DNA of 64,000 nt from Candidatus Bathyarchaeota archaeon (lineage in GTDB: Archaea; Thermoproteota; Bathyarchaeia; Bathyarchaeales; Bathycorpusculaceae). The stretch spans positions 99,963 to 163,962 of the forward strand of contig CAWAKC010000011.1 in assembly GCA_963782525.1 (NCBI GenBank). The letters are read 5' to 3'. The notes beneath the pieces are model-generated. The model made no database searches. It was not told where the DNA came from and worked only from the letters and a program-made list of their open reading frames with translations. Both the position numbers and the translations under genes were made by a program. Below are positions 49,837 through 59,194 of the stretch, piece after piece (positions within the stretch are counted from its first letter, which is position 1; each line of letters starts with the position of its first letter).

Positions 49837-50286
49837 TTATGGGTTTACTGTTACTGGACCCCACATGCCTAAACTTACGTGTCCATCAACTTGACAAATG
49901 TAATAATAGCTTCCTGAGGTGCTGGCTGTAAAGGTGCATGATCCTGTGCTTCCTGGTGAAATTGGGTTGCTTGTTGATCCGATTTGAGCGCCGCTAAAGG
50001 TTAAGTCTGTGCTTCCATCCGCTTTGGTTGTGACTATAGCAAAGTTATGAGGCATCGTTCCAACGTTATGTAGCGTAATTGTGTATGTTTGTCCAGCTGT
50101 GAAAGTTAATGTTGGTCCAGGTGAACTCAAGCTGCCCGCGCTTGTTCCGAACTTGTATTCTGCACAATAGACATCCAATGTATTGCCTCCGCCGCCTGGT
50201 CGAGTAAGCACATATGCTAAGACGCCTCCAACTATGATGACTATTACTACAACAGCTACGATTAGATACATCGATGTTTTGTTCAT
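49837..50286 (-). CDS. Membrane-anchored type-1 (blue) copper protein, sulfocyanin/plastocyanin-like
   Basis: N-terminal TM helix; HNF and YYYICQVDGHVSLGM supply the His/Cys/His/Met ligands. Confidence 0.88.
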   Translation of the reverse strand: MNKTSMYLIVAVVVIVIIVGGVLAYVLTRPGGGGNTLDVYCAEYKFGTSAGSLSSPGPTLTFTAGQTYTITLHNVGTMPHNFAIVTTKADGSTDLTFSGAQIGSTSNPISPGSTGSCTFTASTSGSYYYICQVDGHVSLGMWGPVTVNP

Positions 50287-50721
50287 TTCTATTCCTTTGC
50301 TAAAATTTAATTAAATAATAGTTCACCAAATTCGGGGGTTTAAAGCTGTGTGGTGGCGCTTATACAGTCACAAGTTACCGTTCACTTAGACTGTGCCTTT
50401 TGGTTTATTGCCAGGCAAAAAATAGCAGGCAATCATTAATCCTGCGGGCAAAATAAGTTTTTGATCAGAAAGATTTTATCCAAAATTAACCCTGCCATTA
50501 AAAGTGCAAGATAGGGCATTGAGGCAATGAATGCTTTGAATCCGTTGGCTTCGGAAGCTGAAAACAGTAAGCCGCGGTTTTGAAAAAGAAAGCCACTTCC
50601 GGCAAATATGGCAAATCCCAAGTAAACAGCGCCTCGGTAATAAGCATTGTCTTGGGTGCAGTTGTCTATTACACAATGCCTGGTTAAGTTTCATAATTTG
50701 CAATTTTTTTTGTACTGTTTT

Positions 50722-52299
50722 CTATTGTTTGTGGAATTTAGGTATCTCTTTGGAAATGATTAGTTCATCTATGCGTAGCATAAGCATGGAAACTTCGAAG
50801 GCTCTTCGGAGTACTGATCGCTTAACTTTGAGGGGTTCTTGGCAGACCATGTCGTGGCAACTGTTCTCGTAAACCCCAACGTTGCAGTTGCCTTCAGCAT
50901 GGCGGTTTTTTAATTCAAGAAGTGTGTCGGTTGGGTTTAACCCATAGTTCGTCGCTAGGCACCTTGGAACATCCATCAAAGCGATGCTATAAGCTTCGAT
51001 GGCTACTTGTTCTCGGCTGGGAAACTCTCGGGCATAAGCCTTCAATTTTTCGGCAATATGTGTTTCCACTGCTCCGCCGCCAGGCAAAACCCTTCCATCA
51101 TCGTTTATCAGTTTGAGGATAGTGAAGCTGTTTTTGATGGCGGTTTCAAGTTCATCCATCGTTTGCAGTGTACTGCCTCTAAGCAAGAATGTTGAGCCCA
51201 TGCAACCGTTGAAAGTAACTGTTTTTTCAAGCTCTAATGTCCCCGTCGATAGCTCTTCTGCTGTACCTATGTCTTCCCCGTTGAGTTCAGTAAGGGAGCC
51301 AACGATTTTGGCGCCCGTAGCCTTGGCGACAGCTTGTGAATCCTTCTTGTCGACGTTTTCTAAAGCAAATATGCCGTTAGCTAGAATTTTGTCTTTTAGG
51401 TTTTCTTCAAGGGGTTGTTCGCAGAGTAGGACATTGACGTTTAGTTGGGTTAGTTTTTTTATGGGTTCAGATTTTATTTTGTGGATTGTTTCATTGTATT
51501 GTTGGATTTGTTGAGGCGTTTTGATTTTTAAATTGATGTGGTATGGTCCTTGCCCGGGCATTTTTATTTCTAAACGGTTAATTCCCAAACGTTCACTAGT
51601 AATTGCGATGCGCAAGTCCTTGATTTTGTCAGGCATATTGGGGTGAGCTTTCTGTTTTTTTATCACCACACCCTTGATTAGCCTTAAATCTTGTAGGCAG
51701 CCGCCTGTTTTCTTTAGGAATCGGACATTCTCTTTATCGTATCTGTTATCGCAGAATGCATAGGGATACGCTTGCCTAATCATGGATCGAACCTGCGGCG
51801 TCAAAAGGTTCCTCTTGCAATCCACGATGTCCAGCATGTCGTTGTCTCCACTGCTGTAGGCTATTGCTTGGCGATCGATTATTTCCAGCGCTTTATTTGT
51901 TGCAAGACTGTATCCGTGGATGATAGTGTTGGGGTGAATTCCCGTGTTTAAGAGTTCATCCGCTTTTTTCAGTAAAGCCGAAGCGAAAATGACAAAGGTT
52001 GCCACGCCGTCGCCGGCTTCTTCCCGCTGCATTTTAGCCGATTCAGAAATAATAACGCTGGGCGGATATTGTATTGCCAACTCGTCAAGTATCGCAACAG
52101 CGTCCTTGGTGACTTTTACGACTCGTTCGGGTCCTTTGTTGTAGGTTACCATTTTGTATGCGCCTTTAGGTCCCAAAGAAGAGCGGACCTTATCGGCGGC
52201 GAAGATGGCGTAACGCAGGTTTTCTCGCCAAGCTTCTTTTCCTGTGGTTCGCTGGTATCTTGAGGAGATCATGTTCTTGGCTGAGAGTATTCTTTCCAT
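50722..52299 (-). CDS. Divergent group II chaperonin (thermosome/TCP-1 family)
   Basis: SSLGPKG, GDGVAT, GIHPNTII.GY, PGGGAVE and MLRIDELI motifs. Confidence 0.9.
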   Translation of the reverse strand: MERILSAKNMISSRYQRTTGKEAWRENLRYAIFAADKVRSSLGPKGAYKMVTYNKGPERVVKVTKDAVAILDELAIQYPPSVIISESAKMQREEAGDGVATFVIFASALLKKADELLNTGIHPNTIIHGYSLATNKALEIIDRQAIAYSSGDNDMLDIVDCKRNLLTPQVRSMIRQAYPYAFCDNRYDKENVRFLKKTGGCLQDLRLIKGVVIKKQKAHPNMPDKIKDLRIAITSERLGINRLEIKMPGQGPYHINLKIKTPQQIQQYNETIHKIKSEPIKKLTQLNVNVLLCEQPLEENLKDKILANGIFALENVDKKDSQAVAKATGAKIVGSLTELNGEDIGTAEELSTGTLELEKTVTFNGCMGSTFLLRGSTLQTMDELETAIKNSFTILKLINDDGRVLPGGGAVETHIAEKLKAYAREFPSREQVAIEAYSIALMDVPRCLATNYGLNPTDTLLELKNRHAEGNCNVGVYENSCHDMVCQEPLKVKRSVLRRAFEVSMLMLRIDELIISKEIPKFHKQ

Positions 52300-52514
52300 A
52301 ATTAACCTTCTACAATACAGAGTGGCGTGTGTGCGAGTCTGCGCATACTTGCTTAGGTTTCAACACACTTAAAATTAAGTGATTGCAACAAGACACCCAC
52401 AAGTTAATAACAATTTTTTCATTCGGGTATGTTTGAATCTATTTGAACTCAAAAAACATTGTCATAGCCTTGAAACTCTTATATACGCCGTCTGATAATC
52501 CTCTATTGAGTGTC

Positions 52515-52823
52515 ATGGCTGAAGTTTGTTCAACATGCGGACTACCTAAAGACTTGTGCGTTTGTGGAGAAATAGAGAAAGAACAACAGCGCATTCGTAT
52601 ACGGCTTGAAACCAGAAAATTCGGCAAAGCAACCACCATCATCGACGGCATGGACGATAAAAACTCGAATTTGTCAATTGTAGCTCAAAAACTTAAAACG
52701 TACTGCGCATGCGGCGGAACTCACAAGAACGGGCAAATCATGCTCCAAGGCGACCACCGCGACCGAGTGAAAGAATTCCTCATAAAAATGGGGTACCCCC
52801 AAGAAAACATCGAACTCCAATAA
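52515..52823 (+). CDS. sui1: Translation initiation factor aIF1 (SUI1)
   Basis: CSTCGLPKDLCVC, LKTYCACGGT and LQGDHR motifs. Confidence 0.95.
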   Translation: MAEVCSTCGLPKDLCVCGEIEKEQQRIRIRLETRKFGKATTIIDGMDDKNSNLSIVAQKLKTYCACGGTHKNGQIMLQGDHRDRVKEFLIKMGYPQENIELQ

Positions 52824-52861
52824 CCCGCATAGTTCCTAAACTAATGGTGAATATTTCCTTT

Positions 52862-53080
52862 ATGAAAAAGACAGGTGGCATCCGCGACGTTCTCAAAAAC
52901 GCTAAACATCGCAAACCATCCCAAATCTACTGTCCCCGATGCGCCAGCCCGAAAATGGCGCTATCAAGCAGTCTCGCAGTTTGGCTGACTCCTAAGGAAT
53001 ACTATTGTGAAAACTGTGGTTATCGAGGAATAATTGTTATGGAACTTGAAGTGGACGAAAAAGAAAAAGAAGAAACTTAG
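52862..53080 (+). CDS. Small zinc-ribbon protein
   Basis: YCPRC...YYCENCGYRG motif. Confidence 0.75.
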   Translation: MKKTGGIRDVLKNAKHRKPSQIYCPRCASPKMALSSSLAVWLTPKEYYCENCGYRGIIVMELEVDEKEKEET

Positions 53081-53104
53081 TTTTGCTTAATTGAAAAAAT
53101 GCCC

Positions 53105-54046
53105 CTAATCGGGCAATTCAAGATTTAGTTGCTTTTTGAGTGTCTTGTAGCGGTTGCGAACAGTAACTTCAGTTACCCCCGCAGCTTCTGCGATGTCTTT
53201 TTGGGTTTTCTTCTCGTTGTTCTGAAGGCATGCAATGTACAGCGCAGCAGCAGCTAAACCCATGGGGTCTTTTCCTGCAGCAGCACGTTTTCGCCTGGCT
53301 TCACGGAGAATTTGGATAGCTGCGCCTTGGGTTTTTCCTGATATACCTGTTTTCTCTGCAATCTTTGAAACGTAAGTTAATGGGTCAGCGATAGGCATGT
53401 GAACATCAAGTTCTCGCAAAAGAAGCCTGTAGCATCTTGCAACATCTTTCTTGTCGACTAAGCTGGCTTCAGCAATTTCACGAAGGGTTCTTGGAGTTCC
53501 ACTTCCACGGCAAGCAGCATACAACGCAGCTGCGGCGATCGCGGCGATAGATCTACCTCGGACTAAGCCTTTGTCAAGTGCTTTTCTATAGACAACGGCG
53601 GCTTTTTCTTTGATTGGTGGGGGTATGTAGACTTTGTCAGATAAACGGTCTAGTTCAGCCATGGCTTGGGCAAGGTTGCGGTCGATTGATGAGTGAACTC
53701 TGCTTCTTATTTGCCATTTGCGTAGACGCCACATCTGAAGTCTTGTAGATAGGGGGAGTTTTCTTCCAAATGCGTCTCTGTCCACTTGACTAATGGCTGT
53801 GGATAAGCCTTTGTCATGAACGGAATAAGATGTTGGGACACCAACACGACTTCTGGATGCTTTCTCTTCTTGAGTGAATGCGCGCCATTCAGGTCCTTTA
53901 TCCATCATTTGCTCATAGACGACCAGTCCGCAGTCGCCGCAAACTGTTTCTCCTGTATCATAATCGTGAACTAAATTCTCGCTACCGCACTCTGGGCACT
54001 TGTCCTGCAAGCGCTGTGCTGTCTTAGGTGTCTCTTTTTTGCTCAA
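53105..54046 (-). CDS. tfb: Transcription initiation factor IIB
   Basis: CPECG zinc ribbon, GPEWRAF B-reader, two cyclin repeats, VTEVTVRNRY; GAGG Shine-Dalgarno site before TTG. Confidence 0.97.
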   Translation of the reverse strand: MSKKETPKTAQRLQDKCPECGSENLVHDYDTGETVCGDCGLVVYEQMMDKGPEWRAFTQEEKASRSRVGVPTSYSVHDKGLSTAISQVDRDAFGRKLPLSTRLQMWRLRKWQIRSRVHSSIDRNLAQAMAELDRLSDKVYIPPPIKEKAAVVYRKALDKGLVRGRSIAAIAAAALYAACRGSGTPRTLREIAEASLVDKKDVARCYRLLLRELDVHMPIADPLTYVSKIAEKTGISGKTQGAAIQILREARRKRAAAGKDPMGLAAAALYIACLQNNEKKTQKDIAEAAGVTEVTVRNRYKTLKKQLNLELPD

Positions 54047-54416
54047 TCTCTTTACCTCGATTTTGATGTGCGTAGAACCGTCACCATAGGCCAATTTGGC
54101 TAGAAAATAGTACATTCGGCCCGCGCAAACTAAGCAAAGGAACTGAATTAATATTTAAGCTTTGTGGTTTATTAAACCTATTGCACATAATGACAAAGAA
54201 ACCCCCTTCACAAGGCACAATTACATATGGAAAATAACATACAAAAATGTAAAAAAACAATCAACAGCGGGAAAGAAAACCGTGATTTTAATTATAGCTA
54301 AACAAATTCATAACACCCAATCGAATTCAAAATCCACTAAGAGAACGCTTATTAACAAAAAAGCCACCCATTAAACCTCTAACAATAAATAAAACAAGTG
54401 TTATTTGAAACCGTGC

Positions 54417-54489
54417 AGCCCGGTGGTGTAGTGGTCAAGCATAGTGGGCTTTGGACCCGCCGACGAGAGTTCGAATCTCTCCCGGGCTA
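54417..54489 (+). tRNA. tRNA-Gln(TTG)
   Basis: AGCCCGG/CCGGGCT acceptor, GTGGG-CTTTGGA-CCCGC anticodon arm, GAGAG-TTCGAAT-CTCTC T arm. Confidence 0.96.
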
Positions 54490-55175
54490 CATTCTACCCA
54501 AGTCAGGTCAACATTCAAACTCTCGACTTTCCCTTGATTTGAAGTGAAAATAAATTCCATTGAATTCTGAAATTGGTTTACTATATGCAAAGTTCGGGAT
54601 CCATACTTATTCGAGGATGAGCCCGGTAGAGACCTAAACTATTTTTGGTTCGAATCTAATTAATTTTGGTGAGAGCCAAAACAACTTCACTTGTTTGAGG
54701 TTTTAGCGTGTGTTATTTTGGCAATTAGGCAGTGGACTGATTTGAACCCGCGTACTGATGAAGACATAGCGTGCATTTTATTGACACAAGCTGACGCGCA
54801 CTTTGCAGAGTGGCTGATGTGCCCAGTATATAGGAAAGAATCTCGCCACTACACCAAAGACACCCGTGAGAGTCCAGTTTCGAAGATGCGTAGGATTTGG
54901 TGTGAGAATTGCCGAGTGGTTCAGATTCAGTTTAAACAAACAAGCGGAAAATGGGAGTAACTTGGAGACCCCAGTTCACGTTTACCGCGCCAGTGAACGG
55001 CAAATTAACCTTGAGTGTTTTTAGAGTTACCCGCCATCAGATAAACAGAAGAATCCTGTGAATGAACAAGCAATCAGAAAAAGGTTTCAAAGAAAAGACA
55101 GCAGAAAAAAGTGGTTAGCACCGGGCTTTAACTATCTTCACAATGGACGTTTGAGGAGAGACAGAAAGAACTAAG

Positions 55176-55586
55176 CTAAATTGTTTCCGATTCATCTGTT
55201 GACATAACGGAGAATTTTATTTGTTTGACAGGTTTGTTGGCCTTCAACCCATCAATCAATTCCTTCAGCCTGCTGCAAGAGCCTTTGATTACCATCACCT
55301 CAAGACAGCTAGTTTCAGTAAGATGTGAATGAAGATATGCTGTAATCATATCGCTGAATTCATGTTGAAGCTTAAAAAGTTCCTCGTTTTTTTCTTCCTT
55401 GTTATAGAGAACTGAAATAGTAGCGATAATATTGCCCTTTAGTTCTTCAAGTTTTTTGTATTCTGCTAGATAACTTCGGAGAGCTTGCCTGAGTACCTCA
55501 GACCTATTTGCCGATTTTTCCTCTCCAAGCGCGGCATCTAATTCTTCAAGCAATTCGGTAGGCAATGAAACGCTGATTATACTCAT
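55176..55586 (-). CDS. nikR: NikR-family metal-responsive regulator
   Basis: RHH N-terminus (ISVSLP..LL..LD, NRSE); QH...LHSHL...CLE metal site. Confidence 0.9.
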   Translation of the reverse strand: MSIISVSLPTELLEELDAALGEEKSANRSEVLRQALRSYLAEYKKLEELKGNIIATISVLYNKEEKNEELFKLQHEFSDMITAYLHSHLTETSCLEVMVIKGSCSRLKELIDGLKANKPVKQIKFSVMSTDESETI

Positions 55587-55735
55587 ATGCTCACCTTACG
55601 TTCATTATGTTTATAATCTCAATCTAATAAGATTACTAAATTAAGATGTTTTCGTCTTCAGTAATGCTATTTTCTATTGACAAAGAAAAGCTTGCCGAGA
55701 AACTGTTAAGGCAAAGTTGGAAATAAAGCGCTCAC

Positions 55736-55763
55736 TTATTAAAAAAATGGCAAAACTTAATAA
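55736..55763. promoter_or_regulatory. Candidate NikR-type operator TTATTA-N16-TAATAA upstream of znuA
   Basis: Perfect 6-16-6 palindrome; an identical one lies at 58929-58956. Confidence 0.7.
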
Positions 55764-55803
55764 CAACTTTCAAGACCACCTCTCTAAGAGACGGATTGTT
55801 TCC

Positions 55804-56742
55804 ATGAGAAAAAGAACATACACAATAATCGCAGTTTTGATTGGGCTAATTCTTCTGGGAACTATCTTAAGTTTATGCCTTTCAAATAGTCCATCGCCTA
55901 GCACAAGTTCAAAATTAAAAGTGGTCGCAACATTTTATCCATTGTACGACTTCGCCCAAAATGTAGGCGGAAACAAAACTGACGTCTCAATACTTGTGCC
56001 AGAAACTGTTGACGTACACGACTTTGAACCAACGCCATCATCAATAGCCGAGGTTTCAAGTGCAGACGTGTTAATTTACAACGGTGCTGGATTAGAGCCC
56101 TGGATTAACGATGTAATCAGTGCTTCAGGAAACGCAAACTTGATTCAAGTGAACACAAGCCAAGGAATCCAGCTTCTCCCAGTATCATCACAATTTCAAA
56201 ATGGTAACCAAACAATTGATCCCCACATCTGGCTTGACCCCCTAAACGCAAAACAACAAGTCAATAATATCCTTCAAGGATTAATCAAAGCTGACCCAGC
56301 TGACAGGCAATATTTCACGCAAAACGCGCAAGCATATGACACTAAACTCGACAATTTGAACGCTCTGGCAATCAACGGTACAGCAAACACAGCGACAAAA
56401 TACTTTGTAACCTTCCATCAAGCCTTCGCCTATTTTGCAAAGCAATACAACGTTACCCAACTTGCGATTTCAGGCCCATTCGAAGAAGAACCAACACCCA
56501 CTGATATCCAGAACGTAATTACTGCAATTAATCAATATCACTTCAAATATGTCGGGTATGAATCACTTGAAAATCCAGCAATATCTCAGTCAATAAGTAG
56601 TGAAACAAAAGCTACGCTTATCGAAATGAACCCGATTGAAGGGCTGACAATACAGGAAAAAGCTGCAGGAGACAACTACATCACCCTCATGGAACAGGAT
56701 ATAAATAATATTCATTTGGCGTTAACTAATGTCGGAAGCTAA
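55804..56742 (+). CDS. znuA: Zn/Mn-type (cluster A-I) ABC metal-binding protein
   Basis: VVATFYPL, HDFEP, DPHIWLDP and TFHQAF.YFA motifs. Confidence 0.9.
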   Translation: MRKRTYTIIAVLIGLILLGTILSLCLSNSPSPSTSSKLKVVATFYPLYDFAQNVGGNKTDVSILVPETVDVHDFEPTPSSIAEVSSADVLIYNGAGLEPWINDVISASGNANLIQVNTSQGIQLLPVSSQFQNGNQTIDPHIWLDPLNAKQQVNNILQGLIKADPADRQYFTQNAQAYDTKLDNLNALAINGTANTATKYFVTFHQAFAYFAKQYNVTQLAISGPFEEEPTPTDIQNVITAINQYHFKYVGYESLENPAISQSISSETKATLIEMNPIEGLTIQEKAAGDNYITLMEQDINNIHLALTNVGS

Positions 56743-57490
56743 ACCAATCGTCGAAATACGCGATCTCAGTGTTAAGTATCCAAACGGAGTCGTGGCTCTC
56801 GAGGGCATCAACATGGACATAAACCCAAAAGACTTGATTGCGCTCATAGGACCCAATGGTGCTGGAAAATCAACGCTCCTAAAAGTCATTCTGGGGCTAA
56901 CAAAAGCAACAAGCGGCTCAATCAAACTCTTCGGAAGCTCGGACTTAGGTAAAAATCTCAAATACGTCGGTTATGTGCCACAAAGTGCACAAGCAAGAGA
57001 TCCAAACTTACCCTTTAGCGTATATGAGACAGTCATGCTGGGAAGAACTCCAATCGCAGGACTATTTCACGGAATGAAAGATGAAGACAGGCAAAAGGTT
57101 GAGGAAACGCTCAAACTTTTTGGTATTTATGATCTCAAAGATAGAAAAATTGGTCAACTCTCTGGAGGGCAGTCGCAACGCGTTTTCTTGGCTAAAGCGA
57201 TGGTTGCGGAGCCAAAACTGCTTTTACTTGATGAGCCGACAAGCGGAGTAGATACCACTTCGAAAAAGGATTTCTATAACGTTCTTGAGCGTTTGAACAA
57301 GGAGCGGGGCATAGCTGTCATTTTATCCTCACATGATATAAGCGTAATAACAAAGATCGCCAACAGGGTTCTTTGCATAAACAGGGCGCAGTTTTTCTGC
57401 GGCGAAAACGAAGACTTTGCCGCCAACGTTGAGATTCATAAAACCTACGGGTATCCAGTGGAGCTTATTGATCACCATGATCATCCTTGA
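56729..57490 (+). CDS. znuC: Metal ABC transporter ATPase
   Basis: GPNGAGKST, GYVPQ, LSGGQ and LDEPT motifs; His-rich end. Confidence 0.92.
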   Translation: MSEAKPIVEIRDLSVKYPNGVVALEGINMDINPKDLIALIGPNGAGKSTLLKVILGLTKATSGSIKLFGSSDLGKNLKYVGYVPQSAQARDPNLPFSVYETVMLGRTPIAGLFHGMKDEDRQKVEETLKLFGIYDLKDRKIGQLSGGQSQRVFLAKAMVAEPKLLLLDEPTSGVDTTSKKDFYNVLERLNKERGIAVILSSHDISVITKIANRVLCINRAQFFCGENEDFAANVEIHKTYGYPVELIDHHDHP

Positions 57491-58340
57491 TGTTCTTTCG
57501 TTGCTTCAAGCACCTTTCATACAGCGTGCATTCATCATAAGTATAATTATTGCTATTCTCAGCTCTATTCTTAGCATTTTTATTGTTTTAAAGAAAATCT
57601 CGCTGATAGGCGATGGGTTGTCTCATACGGCTTTTGGAGGCTTAGCCCTCGGGTACTACCTTAGCGTTTTTCCACTATGGATAGCGGGAATAGTTGTAGT
57701 GTTAGGGTCTATGGGGATCAATAAGGCGTTACGTTCGACGAAAATTTCGGGTGATGCTGCAGTTGCTGTTTTTCTTCAGTTGGGTCTTGCTGGAGGCATA
57801 ACTTTGCTGAGCCTTGCTCGAGGATTTGGTGTTAACTTGGAAAGCTTGCTTTTTGGAAGCATCTTAATAGTAAACATGGAACAAATCATAACGGCTGCTG
57901 TTGTTACAGCTATAGCACTTAGTGTAATTTTCGTATTTTTTAAGGAAATGGTTTACATAACTTTTGATGAAACACAAGCCCGAGCTGCAGGTATCAAGAC
58001 ATGGGTTTTTGACTATCTCCTAAGCATTCTCGCTGGGGTAGTTGTAATTATTGCCATACCAATAGTTGGTGTGCTTCTGATCTCAGCATTGCTCGTTCTA
58101 CCAGCTTTAATAAGTACTCAAGTAACAAAATCCTTTAAACAAACAGTCATACTCTCACCCATAATTGGCCTCGCGACTGTAGTATTCGGTATATTGGCCT
58201 CAGTCATCTTGGATGCAGCGCCTGGAGGAACAATTGTTCTTGTTGGCTTAGCGATTCTTGCAATAGTTTTCGTGGGAAAAAGAATCCAAGGTTCTGTAAC
58301 AAGTCTTAGAAAAAAGAAAAAATCAATTTTAGCGCGCTAG
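57477..58340 (+). CDS. znuB: Metal ABC transporter permease
   Basis: GDGLSHTAFGG, LFGSIL and VGVLLISAL motifs. Confidence 0.92.
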   Translation: MIILDVLSLLQAPFIQRAFIISIIIAILSSILSIFIVLKKISLIGDGLSHTAFGGLALGYYLSVFPLWIAGIVVVLGSMGINKALRSTKISGDAAVAVFLQLGLAGGITLLSLARGFGVNLESLLFGSILIVNMEQIITAAVVTAIALSVIFVFFKEMVYITFDETQARAAGIKTWVFDYLLSILAGVVVIIAIPIVGVLLISALLVLPALISTQVTKSFKQTVILSPIIGLATVVFGILASVILDAAPGGTIVLVGLAILAIVFVGKRIQGSVTSLRKKKKSILAR

Positions 58341-58342
58341 CT

Positions 58343-58633
58343 TTATAGATTCCTTCCTCTTCTCTTTCTCGGATTCCCATCGCAACCTTTTCCAGGCTGC
58401 CCTATGCCTTTTCCAGAGCCGTCTTTCTTCGGAAAATCTTTACACATATCATCGCCACTGACTCCTTCTTTCAATTTCATATCTTTATCACAGCACACAT
58501 GAACACAACGAGTACAAGACATTCCTTTAGGATGACCACTATCTGCAGTACAAATCTTAGCAACCTTCAGTTCAAGACCGCATTCTTCACAAACAAGAAC
58601 CTGACCTAATTTCATATCATGACAATGTACCAT
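58343..58633 (-). CDS. Small Cys-rich desulforedoxin-like metal-binding protein
   Basis: VCEECGLELKV...C..C...CCDKDM motif. Confidence 0.7.
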   Translation of the reverse strand: MVHCHDMKLGQVLVCEECGLELKVAKICTADSGHPKGMSCTRCVHVCCDKDMKLKEGVSGDDMCKDFPKKDGSGKGIGQPGKGCDGNPRKRRGRNL

Positions 58634-58774
58634 AAAAAATCACATCTTGCAGGTAAAATAAGATCTGCCAACACTTAAACTTTTTATTATAACACTCATG
58701 TTGACTTTCCTTGGTGGGTTTCTAATTCAAAATAGAAAAAGGTCAGAAGGCTGATCCAAAATAGGCACCGACAT

Positions 58775-58894
58775 TCAAGCAGTAACCAGAGTCATTGGTT
58801 TGCCACAGCAAACAAGCGTACCCACTCCAGTTCCAACAACCTTAACTTTGTTCCCGCAGGTCTTGCAAAAATACAATTCATCAAGCTTAGTCAC
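58775..58894 (-). CDS. Desulforedoxin (39 aa, not in ORF track)
   Basis: MTKLDELYFCKTCGNKVKVVGTGVGTLVCCGKPMTLVTA*; GAGGTGA Shine-Dalgarno site. Confidence 0.88.
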   Translation of the reverse strand: MTKLDELYFCKTCGNKVKVVGTGVGTLVCCGKPMTLVTA

Positions 58895-58928
58895 AGATTT
58901 TTCACCTCACAAACCTTTGAGTTACAAA

Positions 58929-58956
58929 TTATTAATTGCAAACAACAAATTAATAA
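58929..58956. promoter_or_regulatory. Candidate NikR-type operator TTATTA-N16-TAATAA between desulforedoxin and fwdB
   Basis: Perfect 6-16-6 palindrome. Confidence 0.7.
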
Positions 58957-59194
58957 GAATTAAGCAACAAAAAACACTCAAGAACTTTAAGAATTTTGTT
59001 GTAAATACGTGTGAAAACTGTTTTAATTTTGTTGGATAAAAATTGAATCGAGCAATAATTTTTTCTCAATAGTGGAAGGTGACGATGACCTTCAGCAACA
59101 TGGAATAACTAGATCCCAAAAGTAATATACGAAGAAACTTGAATTGTTGAATAAGACGAATGCAAGTTTCGTAAAAGATGTAGGCGGTGAAACA

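Noticed and set aside
54691-54960. 89-aa ORF after tRNA-Gln(TTG)
   Set aside because: No clear Shine-Dalgarno site or family motif and the Cys pattern is incomplete; probably a decayed fragment.
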